DNA from: Phoronis australis
Lineage: Eukaryota > Animalia > Phoronida
Direction of reading: 5' to 3'
Assembly: GCA_002633005.1 (NCBI GenBank)
Contig: NMRA01000749.1
Location: 1-64,000, forward strand
Length of the DNA: 64,000 bases
The notes below the pieces were generated by a model. It made no database searches and had not been told where the DNA came from. It worked only from the letters and a program-made list of their open reading frames with translations. The position numbers and the translations under genes are program-made. Positions 1-11,100 of the stretch are shown here, one piece after another (the stretch's first letter is position 1; each line of letters begins with the position of its first letter).

Positions 1-1085
1 TGTCTTAAATCGTAGCCTTCGTTTGGTTCAAAATAATGGTGCGCATCACAGAACTTGTTGAACTAGACAGTGACGAGGACACTCCGAAAAAACCCGCGAA
101 AACTGTTTCCGATTCGGTCACCGTCAAAGATGAAAATGCGACATCTACCGATAAAAATGGGGAACCATGTGCAAGGAAAACGTAAATATTTTCTCGATTG
201 TTTGCAAATTGAGTTGTTGTGGGTAGTTAATGTATTCACTTTAGAGTTACCGTTGTATTAACTTCACTGTACGGTTCACTAGTTACTATTCATCAAGGGA
301 CAGTAGGACCTACTTACAAATTGCATCAAAGTCACGTTGTAATAGTTAGCCTTGGCGCAAAGCTGTATACTGCATTACAGCTTTGCGCTGATGTGGGTAA
401 AAAGCTGACCAAATAAAACCTGGCTCAAAATTATTGTCCTTAAAAACTACACTTCTTGAGTAAACAAAATTATTTATTGGTGCTGGAAAATTGGCATTCT
501 ACCGTTCACCAGCAAATAATAACACGTAATGTAGCAAAAGATAGCGATATAATGAAGACTATATTCGAACACAACAATGGCAGACGCGAGAAACGGGAAA
601 CTTGGCTGTATCACTGTTGGGAGGAAGTTCGTGTCGACGTGAAATGGTGGGAACCTGTTGTGGGATACAAAAGCAATCCGACACCCTCACCTTATAAGAC
701 ATAGAACGCAACTGAGAACTAACAAACTTTCTCATGAAACACCAATCGTCTGCAATAGAAACAATGAGATAACGGTCACGAGAACGGGATTTAGTGCCAT
801 CAGTGCGTAAATACACGAGATCACCGACATGAAGGTTAGAAGGCAAAATGGAGGGAGTTGCACTGTTCTTACACTTCTCACAGTATCCATGGTTAGTCAT
901 ACATTGTCTATGTTGTTCTAAGATGTAATCCCTGTGAGAGAGGGGAATCTGGTCGTGTGTGTACTGACTACACTGTGTCCACAGCTCACGGGATGAAAAG
1001 CCTTGACTACGGATACGTGAATTCAGACGTGCTGTGGCAATTCTTAAGCGTAGAGGCGTTACTGGATCTCCTGAGAGCTCCTGTT

Positions 1086-2560
1086 GAGAGAGAGAGAGAG
1101 AGAGGGTAGAGTAGATGAAGGCTAAGCCCTCGGACAGCTTCGCAAGATCGGTGTATCTCGCCTTCTGTCCTTGCTGTGGTTGGTGTGGACGTGGATCGAG
1201 CGGCAAGACCTGGTAGGCTGGTGGTGATGGTGGTGGTGGTGATGGTGGTGGTGTTCTTCTTCTTGTGGAGACGAGACGCTGGCTGGATGGCAACATCGTT
1301 ATTGACATCTTAGGTGTGAAGCTGGCTTAGTGGCAACAGCTTAGAGTTTGATTCGCATGCTGCGGGCTTATTGGCAACAGCTGTCATGCTACTGCTTGGT
1401 TGTCTTTATACTGCCCCGTTGGGACAGTTTTTTTTCTTCGTCTTTATACTGCCCCGTTGCCCCTTCGGAACAGTTACCAGTAGTGCAGGGCCCGAACCCT
1501 TGGTGCTCCTGTACATGGTTGTCACGAAAGTACGGTTGTCTTTATACTGCCCCATCGGGACAGTTTTTACCAACTGAGCAGGGCCAGAACCCTTAGGTAC
1601 ACCTGGAATAGGCTTGTCACGGAAATGCGGCTTAGTGTGGCTTCGCGGAATGACTGCAACCTGTTGGCGACAGTCTGCATTCCGGCGAGCTCGTGTAATG
1701 TGTCAGTTAGGCAATGTCTGGCTGTCCGAGAGCAATTCTCAGTGTCCAGTTTTGTACTCTCTGTAGTCTTTCGATTGTGGAAGGAGCACAGGTTGAAATA
1801 TCGATAGCGTCATATTCGAATAGGGGTCTGATGAACATTTTGTAGATCAGTAGTAGGCAGTCGCTCCTAGCACCCCGCCCCCACCCTGTGCCCTTCAATC
1901 GATACATAAGCTTGACTCTGGTTGTGGTTGTTGCATGGTCACACACGTGTGCGACGTGAGGTTGTAACGTGAGTCTTTGATTAAGGGTTACCCCTAGCAG
2001 AGTGGCCTCTGCTTTTGGTGTGAGCCTGACACCAAACAGTGAAAGACTGAACGGTCGCAGTTTGCGTTTGCGGTGAAACAGGATGACCTGTGATTTTGCG
2101 GCATTGAGTTTGATGTGCCAGATTTAGCACCAGTCCTCGAGTTTTGATAGTGCCCGCTGGAGGCATGCTTGGACAACTGTCTCTTGTTTGTCACTTGTCC
2201 AGAACCCGAGATCGTCTGTGAACTGGGATATCTGAACGTTGTCCCTTGGGTGAACTGGTAGGTCGTTGACATAGATCAAAAATAGAAACGGGACTTAGGA
2301 CGAACCCCTGGGGGATGCCGGCCCACAGTTTCACCGGTTGTTGAAACGGATTGTCCCTGTCTGACCGAGATGCATCTGTCTCTTAGGAAAGATGACAGGA
2401 GTCTAACCATTTTGTATGGTAGACCTATATTGGAGAGTTTGTATCTCATGCCATCATGCCATACAGAGTCAAAGGCTTTTTCCACGTCCAACATTATGGC
2501 TCTGGTGCAAAAGTTTTTGCCCATTGCCGTTTTGCCTTGAGGTATCAGTCTATGGATGTG
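1086..2560 (-). mobile_element. 5'-truncated non-LTR retrotransposon (LINE ORF2 RT 3' half plus 3' UTR) inserted in the Gypsy integrase
   Basis: Non-LTR RT motifs MLDVEKAFDSVWHDG, LLSSFLRDR, QFADDLGFW-like segment, LLIYKMFIRPLFEY, LQRVQNWTLRIAL. (TC)n tail at 1086-1104. Flanked by identical 11-bp direct repeat GAGCTCCTGTT at 1075-1085 and 2561-2571. Confidence 0.93.
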
Positions 2561-4480
2561 GAGCTCCTGTTCCAACTCAGCTATGGCCTTTTCAGCAACG
2601 GGGTTTTTGTTAGTGTTCTTCACACGTCCAGTTACAATGGACAAACCAGACTGACTGAGCTGAAGATCATTCTGTAAGGAGACAAACCCGGGAGCAGAAT
2701 CAACGCGAATAACAGCGTTGGGGCCATCAAGAGGATGCAAGTCAAGCACTAATCTGGCAAGGCCATCACGGAGGGTATCTCGTCTTTCATCTGGTAACAG
2801 ACACGTGGCAGTATAAGACGTAACGCATTCGCGTAGGACCAGGATGTTCTGTCGTGCTCGTTTCATCACATCTGCTGAAAAAGACAATCCAATAGCATCG
2901 GGGATCTTCCGATGAATGAGTCATCAAAGGACTATGTAGTTTTTTCAGAACAGCACAAAAGTGACATGAGTCAGTCACAGAGCGTATGGATGACATCAAG
3001 TCTAGGGCATAAAAATGACACTTCATGACCATATGCAACTGGTGCGCGGAAGGATGGTCTAACTTAATGTGCAAGGCGGTGACCAACCCATCAAGTACAG
3101 AACGTACTACTATCAACTCAGCAGTGGGACACTGAGGGTCATCGTTCTTGACTACTAGCAGACCATCATGAGCAACGGTGATGGTATTCAAATAGCGTTT
3201 GATGTCCTTGATGTTTGTCAGCTTCTTTGAGGGTCTCGTGCCTTGTGTTAAGTGGGCGTGAACTCTGCGGAGATCCGGGCACTCCGAGATCCGGACACTC
3301 GGACTGAGTGCTCAACCATGCAGACTGGCTCGTGAAAGGGAGACGTTTGAGACTACCAAGCACGTCTTATACGTTGACCTGATGAACGACTGGCGTCTCA
3401 TTAAGCGCATTGGAGCAGCATATCTGACACCTAGGTTCATAACACATGGGAGCGTTTCTACTCGTAAAATTGGAAGGTAAGCTGGCCGTTCCTGTTAGAT
3501 GGCGATCTAAGACCTGAAACCTACTAACAGTTGACAAAAAGGAAGTAACTCTGGGACTTGCAGAGAAGTCACCATGGCAGAGCTTGTCAAATGCCTGTAC
3601 GCAAGGCTTGCTGTCAGTCAAGACAGATTTTATGAAGTAACTGTACTATGTATGGGCTGAAGTGCTTGACAGAAGTTCCCAACATGCATTTTCTTACTTT
3701 TTCAGGTTTCAGTTAGCTAATATGAATCGAATACCATAAAATCTTAATAAATAGGCACTTTTTATGCCAAATAGTCGCAAATTTTGTAACTTTGAAGAAA
3801 ATTTACTTATTTCTAAGTTTCCCGCGAAATGATGCATTGGGTGGAAGACGGTTGGCCGCTTGACAATCATTTGCAATGTCGAAACACTGCAGGTCAGAAG
3901 ACAAGGACGATATTGGACGAGAATTGGACAATTATTATGCATATATAGAAGAGAGTGGATACGGGCATCACACTCAAGTACTTGAAGAATCAGACAATGA
4001 ATTCAATTTCCCATTTAGCGAACTTTCGTCGGCTTTGACTAGAGGCCGTATGAACTCGACCCACTTGCACCGAGATATGCTGCAGATATATGTGAGCCAC
4101 AATTCCATCTCTACCACGTGGTGGTCAATACTCACTCTTAATATTTACTGACAAAGGCCTCAGTAAACCTGGGTTACTCATATTCACTATTGCCATGATG
4201 GAATGAGCACAGTCTAAACACAATATGCATAAGCCTACTTGTAGTAGCACTCGATCTGGGCCGGGGTCCAGGGTCTGCATCACTCGTCCTAGAATGGAAG
4301 CAGTTGTTCGTTATTTACAAAATTTGCAAATGCACTTACTTGGTGGTGAGTCCTTCATTGTAACGCCGCTGATGTGTGTGGTCGAAACACAATTCTTTGA
4401 AATGTGCCGATCAAAATTGGCTTCGCCGAACTGCCTATTTGTTCCACACTGACACTCCACACTCTCGTTCGACACACAAT

Positions 4481-4636
4481 CATGAGCGGCACAGCACTGA
4501 AAAAAGTGAGGGCTAAAGCCCCCCCTCCCAGCTCCCCCCCCCTGTGGTGCACTGCCTATAGACCATAGGCGGCTTAGCACTGAAAAAAGTGGGGGGCTAT
4601 AGCCCTCACCCAGCCCCCTATGGTGCGCCACCCATG
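4481..4636. mobile_element. Two tandem copies of a ~72-80 bp TIR micro-element (CATRGGCGG...CCGCCYATG)
   Basis: Units 4481-4561 and 4564-4636 are similar to each other and to the reverse complement of 46380-46450. Confidence 0.75.
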
Positions 4637-6275
4637 ACAAACCGATGCCATTTCTGTGCAACTTTCACGTATTTAGGAAATTTGAACTCACACAGACGTT
4701 CTCAGTCAAGTTGTTACCACAGTTTCCACAAACGCACCTTTTCATGTCTGAAAAAGGCGGCTCTCCGCGAACTTTCTTCACAACTCCTCAGTATCGCACT
4801 GGTAAAACTACAACGGCGGAGGCAGTCTTCCACCCATTGCGTACAAACCCGATAACAGAAAAATATATTTTAAAAATTTTTGGTTTGTTTCGTAGCAACA
4901 GGTGTACTAAAGGCTATTAAATCTGTTAAAATGTAATAATAGAATTCCTTTTGAGATACAGGGTCCTGGTGGGAACTCTTTAAGGCTTTGACTTATATAT
5001 TAGCCAAGTCTGACCAAGGAACCTTATCACCAGAATCAAGGCCTACAATAGCACGATCAAGAGAGTCTAACAGCAGAGAGCAATGGGGCAAGACTCGCCC
5101 TTAGCATCTTGTATGCACCAATGAAAGACCTCATCTGCTTAACAGTTGTTGGGGGTTCTTGCATGGCGAGGGTTGTTGTGCAATGGGGACTAGCAGAGAG
5201 GCTTCCCTGCGTCCAAATCCAGCCAAGTATTGTTGTGGACTTTGGGCAAATGATAGTCTTATCAGCGGAGATGAAGGTCACAAGCGTGCAAGGTGAGCAA
5301 GATGTGCCTCCAGTTGGAAGGAAGTTCTTTGAGCGAATTGCCGCTACAAAACAGATCGTCAGCTAGCTTCATGAGTATGCCGTCTTGGAGAAAGGTACCG
5401 AGCAAACAGCACATCAACTCTCTCAATGCAGTTTCGGATCCTGGCATCCCCATGGCAGTTCTAGTGTATACACGGATGCCACGGAAAGTTGTAGCTACGC
5501 CGCAATACTTCAAGGAATCTCTGGACAAAGGAATCTGGTAGAATGCACATGTGAGGTCAGATGCAATGATGTACTTCCACTGAGCGATCTTCTGCAGGGT
5601 TGAATCAACATCGGGGAGCAGGGATGGAGACGGTTTACTGTACCGACCAACATCAGTAAAGGCGGTAACAAGTTGAATGTCACCATTGGGTTTATGAACT
5701 AGAAAGGAGGGGTTTAGGTACTCCAGAGTTACGCCGACAGATTCAGGAGTAGCGAGGACATGTGACTGTTCTAGTTCGTCGAACGTCTTCTGCAACTCCA
5801 CAAGCTTGTCACGAGAGTATTGTGGGACACGACCCTTTCTCTGAGGAGGCTGCACAGGACCCATGTTGACAATGGCCTCAAATTTACCTGCAGCACCATT
5901 GTAGCCAACAGTGTTGGGATCGGAAACGGTATAATACTCTCGTAGTATCTCCCTAAAAAGGCGCTTGGAGGCGACGTCAACAATGTTGTCGGGATCAAGC
6001 AAAACAGAGTCTGAATGCCAGTGGGGAGATCTATTAGCGGGGGCTGTCTTAGAAGCCGGCATGCACTCAGGAACAGGTTGGTGAGTGTCAGGTATTAGAG
6101 CCGTAATGTAGCAAAAGATAGCGATATAGTAAAGACTACTCGAACACAACTATGGCAGACGTGAGACAAGTTCCGGTGTCCGCTAGCAATAATAAAGTAA
6201 CTAACAAGCAACTAGCAGTTACTATGCTTGTAATCTGCTACTAAAGTGGAGCGCTCTTTTGCGTCGGCTTTCGGC

Positions 6276-6360
6276 GCCTTGAAATATTGCGTCACCTATT
6301 GGCCAGTTTCTTCTTTCGCCTATCCTTCAATCAACCACTCTCCTTCCACGAGGCTGCATA
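6276..6360 (+). promoter_or_regulatory. Candidate ATRX promoter element (CRE/ATF-like TTGCGTCA next to inverted CCAAT box)
   Basis: TTGCGTCACCTATTGG at about 6287-6302, upstream of the first coding exon. T/G-rich intron-like composition starts near 6950. No TSS evidence available. Confidence 0.3.
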
Positions 6361-8120
6361 CATGTTTCAACAAATTATCGGAACTGGTTTAATTTAGTTA
6401 CAAATTTTTAGTATTTTATTAATACTAGCAAACGGAATTAAAAGTTTTGCTGCTGCGAAGTTGTCATCATCTCTTGAGAGATGTTGCAAAATTTTAAGAA
6501 ATAGCTCTTGCCCGCGTCACGAGCATTTTCTTTTCAAAACGACAACATAGTTTTCGTTGTTACAAAAGGGAAAGAATTAATCTAAAAAATGATGGTGCCA
6601 TGAAATATTGCGTTACTTATTTGACAGTTTCATTTTTCACCGATTCTTTAATCAACTGTTCGTTCATGAGGTTGCTTACCCGTCACGACAAATTATAGGA
6701 CCTCGTTTCACTTCATTATCAGTTTTTAGAATTTTGAAATCAGTAATTTCTCACTGTCCCACACTAGAGAAGTTTTACTTAGGATGTATTGTCAGACCCG
6801 CACAGAGTAATATTCAGTCATTTGGAACACATCAAGTGAAATCCTTGAAGCCAAGTCTTGACTGTTTTGACTGGTCTCTTTATGTTTACTGTTTCAATGG
6901 ATGAATGAAGCCATGAGAAGAAAGCTCATCGTGCTCCAGGGTTAAAGGTTTTTTGGGTCATTCATTATTGGAGTTTCTGAGGGAAACCTATTGCCATATG
7001 TTTTGTTGTTTTTTGTTGGGTATACTTATTGGCTGTTTGTGCATGAGTGGTAAATTTTATGGACTGATTGACGGTATACTGCTGAGACTGTGAGTAAATT
7101 GTTTCCACTTTTGAAGTGAGGCAAAACATTGTTCATGTCAGACAAAAAGTGTCGACAGCACTGTGTCAAAAGAACCTGAAAGCTTTCAGCCTTTATCCTA
7201 GAAATTCTTGAAGGAACCCCAGTCAGTAGGAGGTGAAGTTTGCATGAAGACGTGGCAAAGTATTGATATCACTTTTCAAACTGCCGCTTTTTCGGGTCTC
7301 CAACTGTGAATGCTTTGTTAGTTAAAGTGGCTTTAATTTGTGTTTTCTGTCAAAAAAGAACAAGTTTATTTAGGCCACTTACTGTTTGTAAATTGGCCTT
7401 GTCTTGTTTCTTACTTAATTGTAACTAACTCTGGGCTCAGGAAGGGCTGTGTGACAGAGTTGTTTCCAAACCCAGTTATTGCACTCAGGGATATTCCTGA
7501 CCAGGTTTGAACCTGTGCCCTTTGGGCGCACCTGATGATGAAAAGTGTGCATTTTTTCCAAAAAGTTGTGCAAACTTAGTATAATTAAATTGGCAACATG
7601 TGAAACAGAAACCCCAAGGGCAATCGAAATAAGAAGACAGTCATGTTTTACACAACTGAGTGTAAGTTGACTAGAATGTTGCATTTTTGGAAAAGTTGCG
7701 TTTTATTAGAGGCCTACCCGGGGTGTGCACTGCTGCAATGTAATTGTGCCTTTTTATTTTTTAATGCACTAAAGGCACAAAGATTTAGTCCATGAATATC
7801 CTTTCTCACCTATTTTGACTAAGAAACAATGTGAGACAAACTTTGTTATGGTAAATGGCCTAAATCATAACTTGTATTTTGAAAGAAAGCACACTCAGGT
7901 TTAATGCCACTCCAATTTTATGTCTGGTTTTATTTATATTAATAATTAAGAGTTTAACTTTTCTGAGAAGATATTTAATTGCCATAAATCTAACATCAAG
8001 GAAATGTGTTTATTGAGCCAATCAATCTGGACTTGCCTTGATGGGATCGGTTATGACATATAATTGGAATTGAGAGATAATGTGCGAGTGAACTGAAGCA
8101 GTCAAATTTCTACACAGGCC

Positions 8121-11100
8121 ATGTGCGACAATAAAATGAACGGTGCAACTTGCAGGTTGTTCAGTGGTGGTGATGCAAGCTCAGAGTCAGCAGATGTAAG
8201 TGTTGAGATAGGAAACAATGGTCTAGAAACAGCCACAACAACTAGCGATACTGGTGACACACAAAATGGCAAGAGCGTCGAAAAGGCCGGGGAACAAAAG
8301 GTCAACAGGAGGTCAGTTAAATCGATGTATGAAGGTTGATATGAATGGTGAAATGGATCCCTGATTTATGCACGGTCGTCGTTGGGTTGATAAATGTATT
8401 ATGGAATATCTGCTGTTTATTGTTTTGGTCTCCTTATGAACTTTGTTGGGCACCATTCTGGGATGTTGGACCACCCGTCACCGTCAGTCTGATAACTTTG
8501 TGTTGAATTTTGAGGCTGTCATGTCGGTAACTGTCCAAGCTTTTCGGTGTTCAAGAATTACTGTTGATTGCGCGATGAAATTTTTTTCTGTTATTTTACC
8601 ACTCCTGTTCTTGTGAAGTCTTTAAAAAGTTGGTTTTGCAATGTGTGTTAAAAACACCCGAGTAAATTCAAAATTTATATTTTCATCAGAAGATGGATGT
8701 GAGAAGCGACAACCTGTTTGTTACTTAGTGTAGAGAAAAGGAGATTTCTGTCCTCCTAAACCGTTCAGTCTAAAGTCAGTTAAAAAAGGTAGTTGCGTAA
8801 GGTTAACATTTTTTAATGACAGAAGCGCTGGAAGCGTGATTAGAGAGGAAAGTACTCCTAATCATCCAAAAGTTCAGGGACAGAAACTGAAATGTTTGGT
8901 GATCTGCAAAATGCAATTCTCTTTTTATCCCAAGCGTATTCCAATGCTATAGTTTTCCATTAAAACATTCGTTAATAACGTAGTAGGTGTATGTCAAGTT
9001 CCCTTCATCTTTGTTGACTTGTGCAGACCATGTTTTGTCTCTTGCCAGGGACTCATTCAGAATCTCGAAAATAGAGCGTCCAAAATGGGTTTCCCAATTT
9101 CTAAGCGCGTCCATGAGGAATGATGTAGGATGATGGTTTTTTGACCCCCGAGTCAAATTACTTTTATAATGTTTGTGCTTCTGTGGAGACCATGGCTCTG
9201 TAATAAGGTTCCTCACTCAAATACAATCCAAACAATGCTAAGTGCATTGCAAATAACCGCTAAACTTTACGCGTGAACAATCATGGATAAAAATGTACCT
9301 GGTGACTGAATATCGCATTTTTCAGTTGGTGAGATTGTTGATCTTATTCCTCTTTCTACTGGGCAGGAAATCCAAGGTGCCTCACAAGCATGTTGAGCCT
9401 GATGAAGATGATACAATGGATGTTGAAACCTCGCAGCAGTTGGACGGTGCCAACCAGGAGTCAAAATCAAGCACTGGCAAAGAAGTGTCCAAAACATGCA
9501 ATGGTGACAACGTGAATGGTGATGCCGTGGAACTAGACGAGGATGGAAACCCTCTATTACCAGAAGGTAGTATTCATGGAGGACTAGTTGCCAAATTCAT
9601 CTTGTCACCTCTGACCTGTTTCTCAGATGCAGGGCCCTTGCTCCCCTTTTATCTGAGAATGAATTTTGTAGTTTAGATAAACTGCAGTTCCACCCCGAGG
9701 TTGATACCCTTCGTTTGCAATGCCTCTAGTGGCAGAAGTGATTCTAACATTGGAAGGAATTTCCGGAACCTGATGAGTGGAGTTTCAAGTGATCCTTAAT
9801 AGTTTTCATAGTGGAATGGGGCCATTATTCGGCCTCAGTATTTAGACATATTGTGATATTCAGGTCCGTAGCCATCGGTGGGATCTGACATTGATATTGA
9901 TATTGATATTGATATTTGAGTCGTCCAGCTTCTAGATGTTTACCCTGTTGTTTGGCTTCACTTTGGTGCTAATGAAGGAAGACTCCTCTTTTTACCATTC
10001 GAATATTATTGGAACGTGAGGGTGTTTGTGAGATAAAGGTCCCATGTGTCCACCTGAAACCTGCAGCAAATTTTGAAAGCCTCATTCAAACCTTCTGAGT
10101 AGGTGTGCAATCATTTTCAGCAATATCTCGAGCTTGTTTGGAAAACAACAGTGAAATTCTGCTTTGCACTTACGTAGCCTTGCATGATCTCTCCAAATTT
10201 GTAAGACGACGTTATAGATTGCATCCCAGACTGAGACTGAGAAGTTTTTGTGATATCACTGTCTGTTGCATTCTTATGAAATGCAAGAAAGCGAGTTTTT
10301 TGTTGCAGTAAAGCGTAACAGTTTAACCCTGCTTAGTCAACTCTTTCAAACTTGAATGGTTTTGCCAAGAAACCATCTTCACAGGGAATAGACTCTTGGA
10401 GCTTGTATGTAGGACTTCAGAGGTATGTTCAAAGGGTTTCACATGCAAACTTTGTTTCCATTTCCTTCAGAATTAGTCTTTCTGATATGATTAGATGTTT
10501 ATGATTTCAGGAACTGTTGTTGTTCAACCTGAACCTCCTTCTGGGTCGAACAATTTCACCGAAGCAGAGTTCAAAGCGCGGTCAAAGCGAAGACGCCCTC
10601 AATTTGGTAGGTTGAATATCAAAGTATCTTCTGCATTGCTTTGCGACTGATTTTGTGGTCTTCTAAAACGTTGGCATTGTCATATAAGCAATTTTTGTCA
10701 TGTCTTGATAACTATTGCTTCTTATGTCGCATGTTGTTTGTATCATGGACTCTTGTCAGTGAATGCCTAACATAATTCTTTGAGGTGACTTGGTTCATTG
10801 TGACTAAAGCATAGACACAGTGCATTTTGTTAACAGCTGGTTTAGTTGCTGACATAAGCGCTAAAGGCATAATCTGCATTCCCACTTTGTATTGTTTTGG
10901 CGGTGGCTTCACTTCCGTATGGTCTGTTCCAAAAGATAATCTCCAGTCTTGGCGGCTACTTTTACGCATGGTTAGTGAATGTGTAGAGCATAGATTTGTG
11001 GGATACAAGGCCTGTCATCCAGCCTTCACAAAGTGTCACATAGACGATCGTTTGGTGGGTAGCTGGCAGTAGATGTCCGATCTATCCTACCTACTTACTT

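Larger units (their letters stand above)
605..6101 (-). mobile_element. Degraded Ty3/Gypsy LTR-retrotransposon pol fragment (RT - RNase H - integrase), frameshifted and interrupted; no LTR, gag or protease seen
   Basis: Minus-strand ORF pieces in Gypsy order. RT about 5005-6101 (SDLTCAFYQIPL, AMGMPGSE, KLADDL, TILGWIW, MRSFIGAYK). RNase H about 3367-3680 (KHFSPYI, TDSKPCV). Integrase Zn finger 2787-3191 (LHIKLDHP...CHFC). Integrase core 2561-2887 (VIRVDSAPGF, NKNPVAEKAIAELE). Integrase C-terminus 605-1085 (LNSRIRSQGFSSRELW, VGDLVYL). Confidence 0.92.

Noticed and set aside
6897-6947. First coding exon of ATRX (MNEAMRRKLIVLQG)
   Set aside because: Available donors give a stop or the wrong phase relative to the 8118 acceptor; at most a 5' UTR exon with uORFs.
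9765-9800. Hammerhead ribozyme (CTGATGA core)
   Set aside because: No properly placed GAAA or three-stem structure found.
9855-9917. Short element ending in (TTGATA)n
   Set aside because: Could be a tiny retroposon tail, but single copy here and too short to support.
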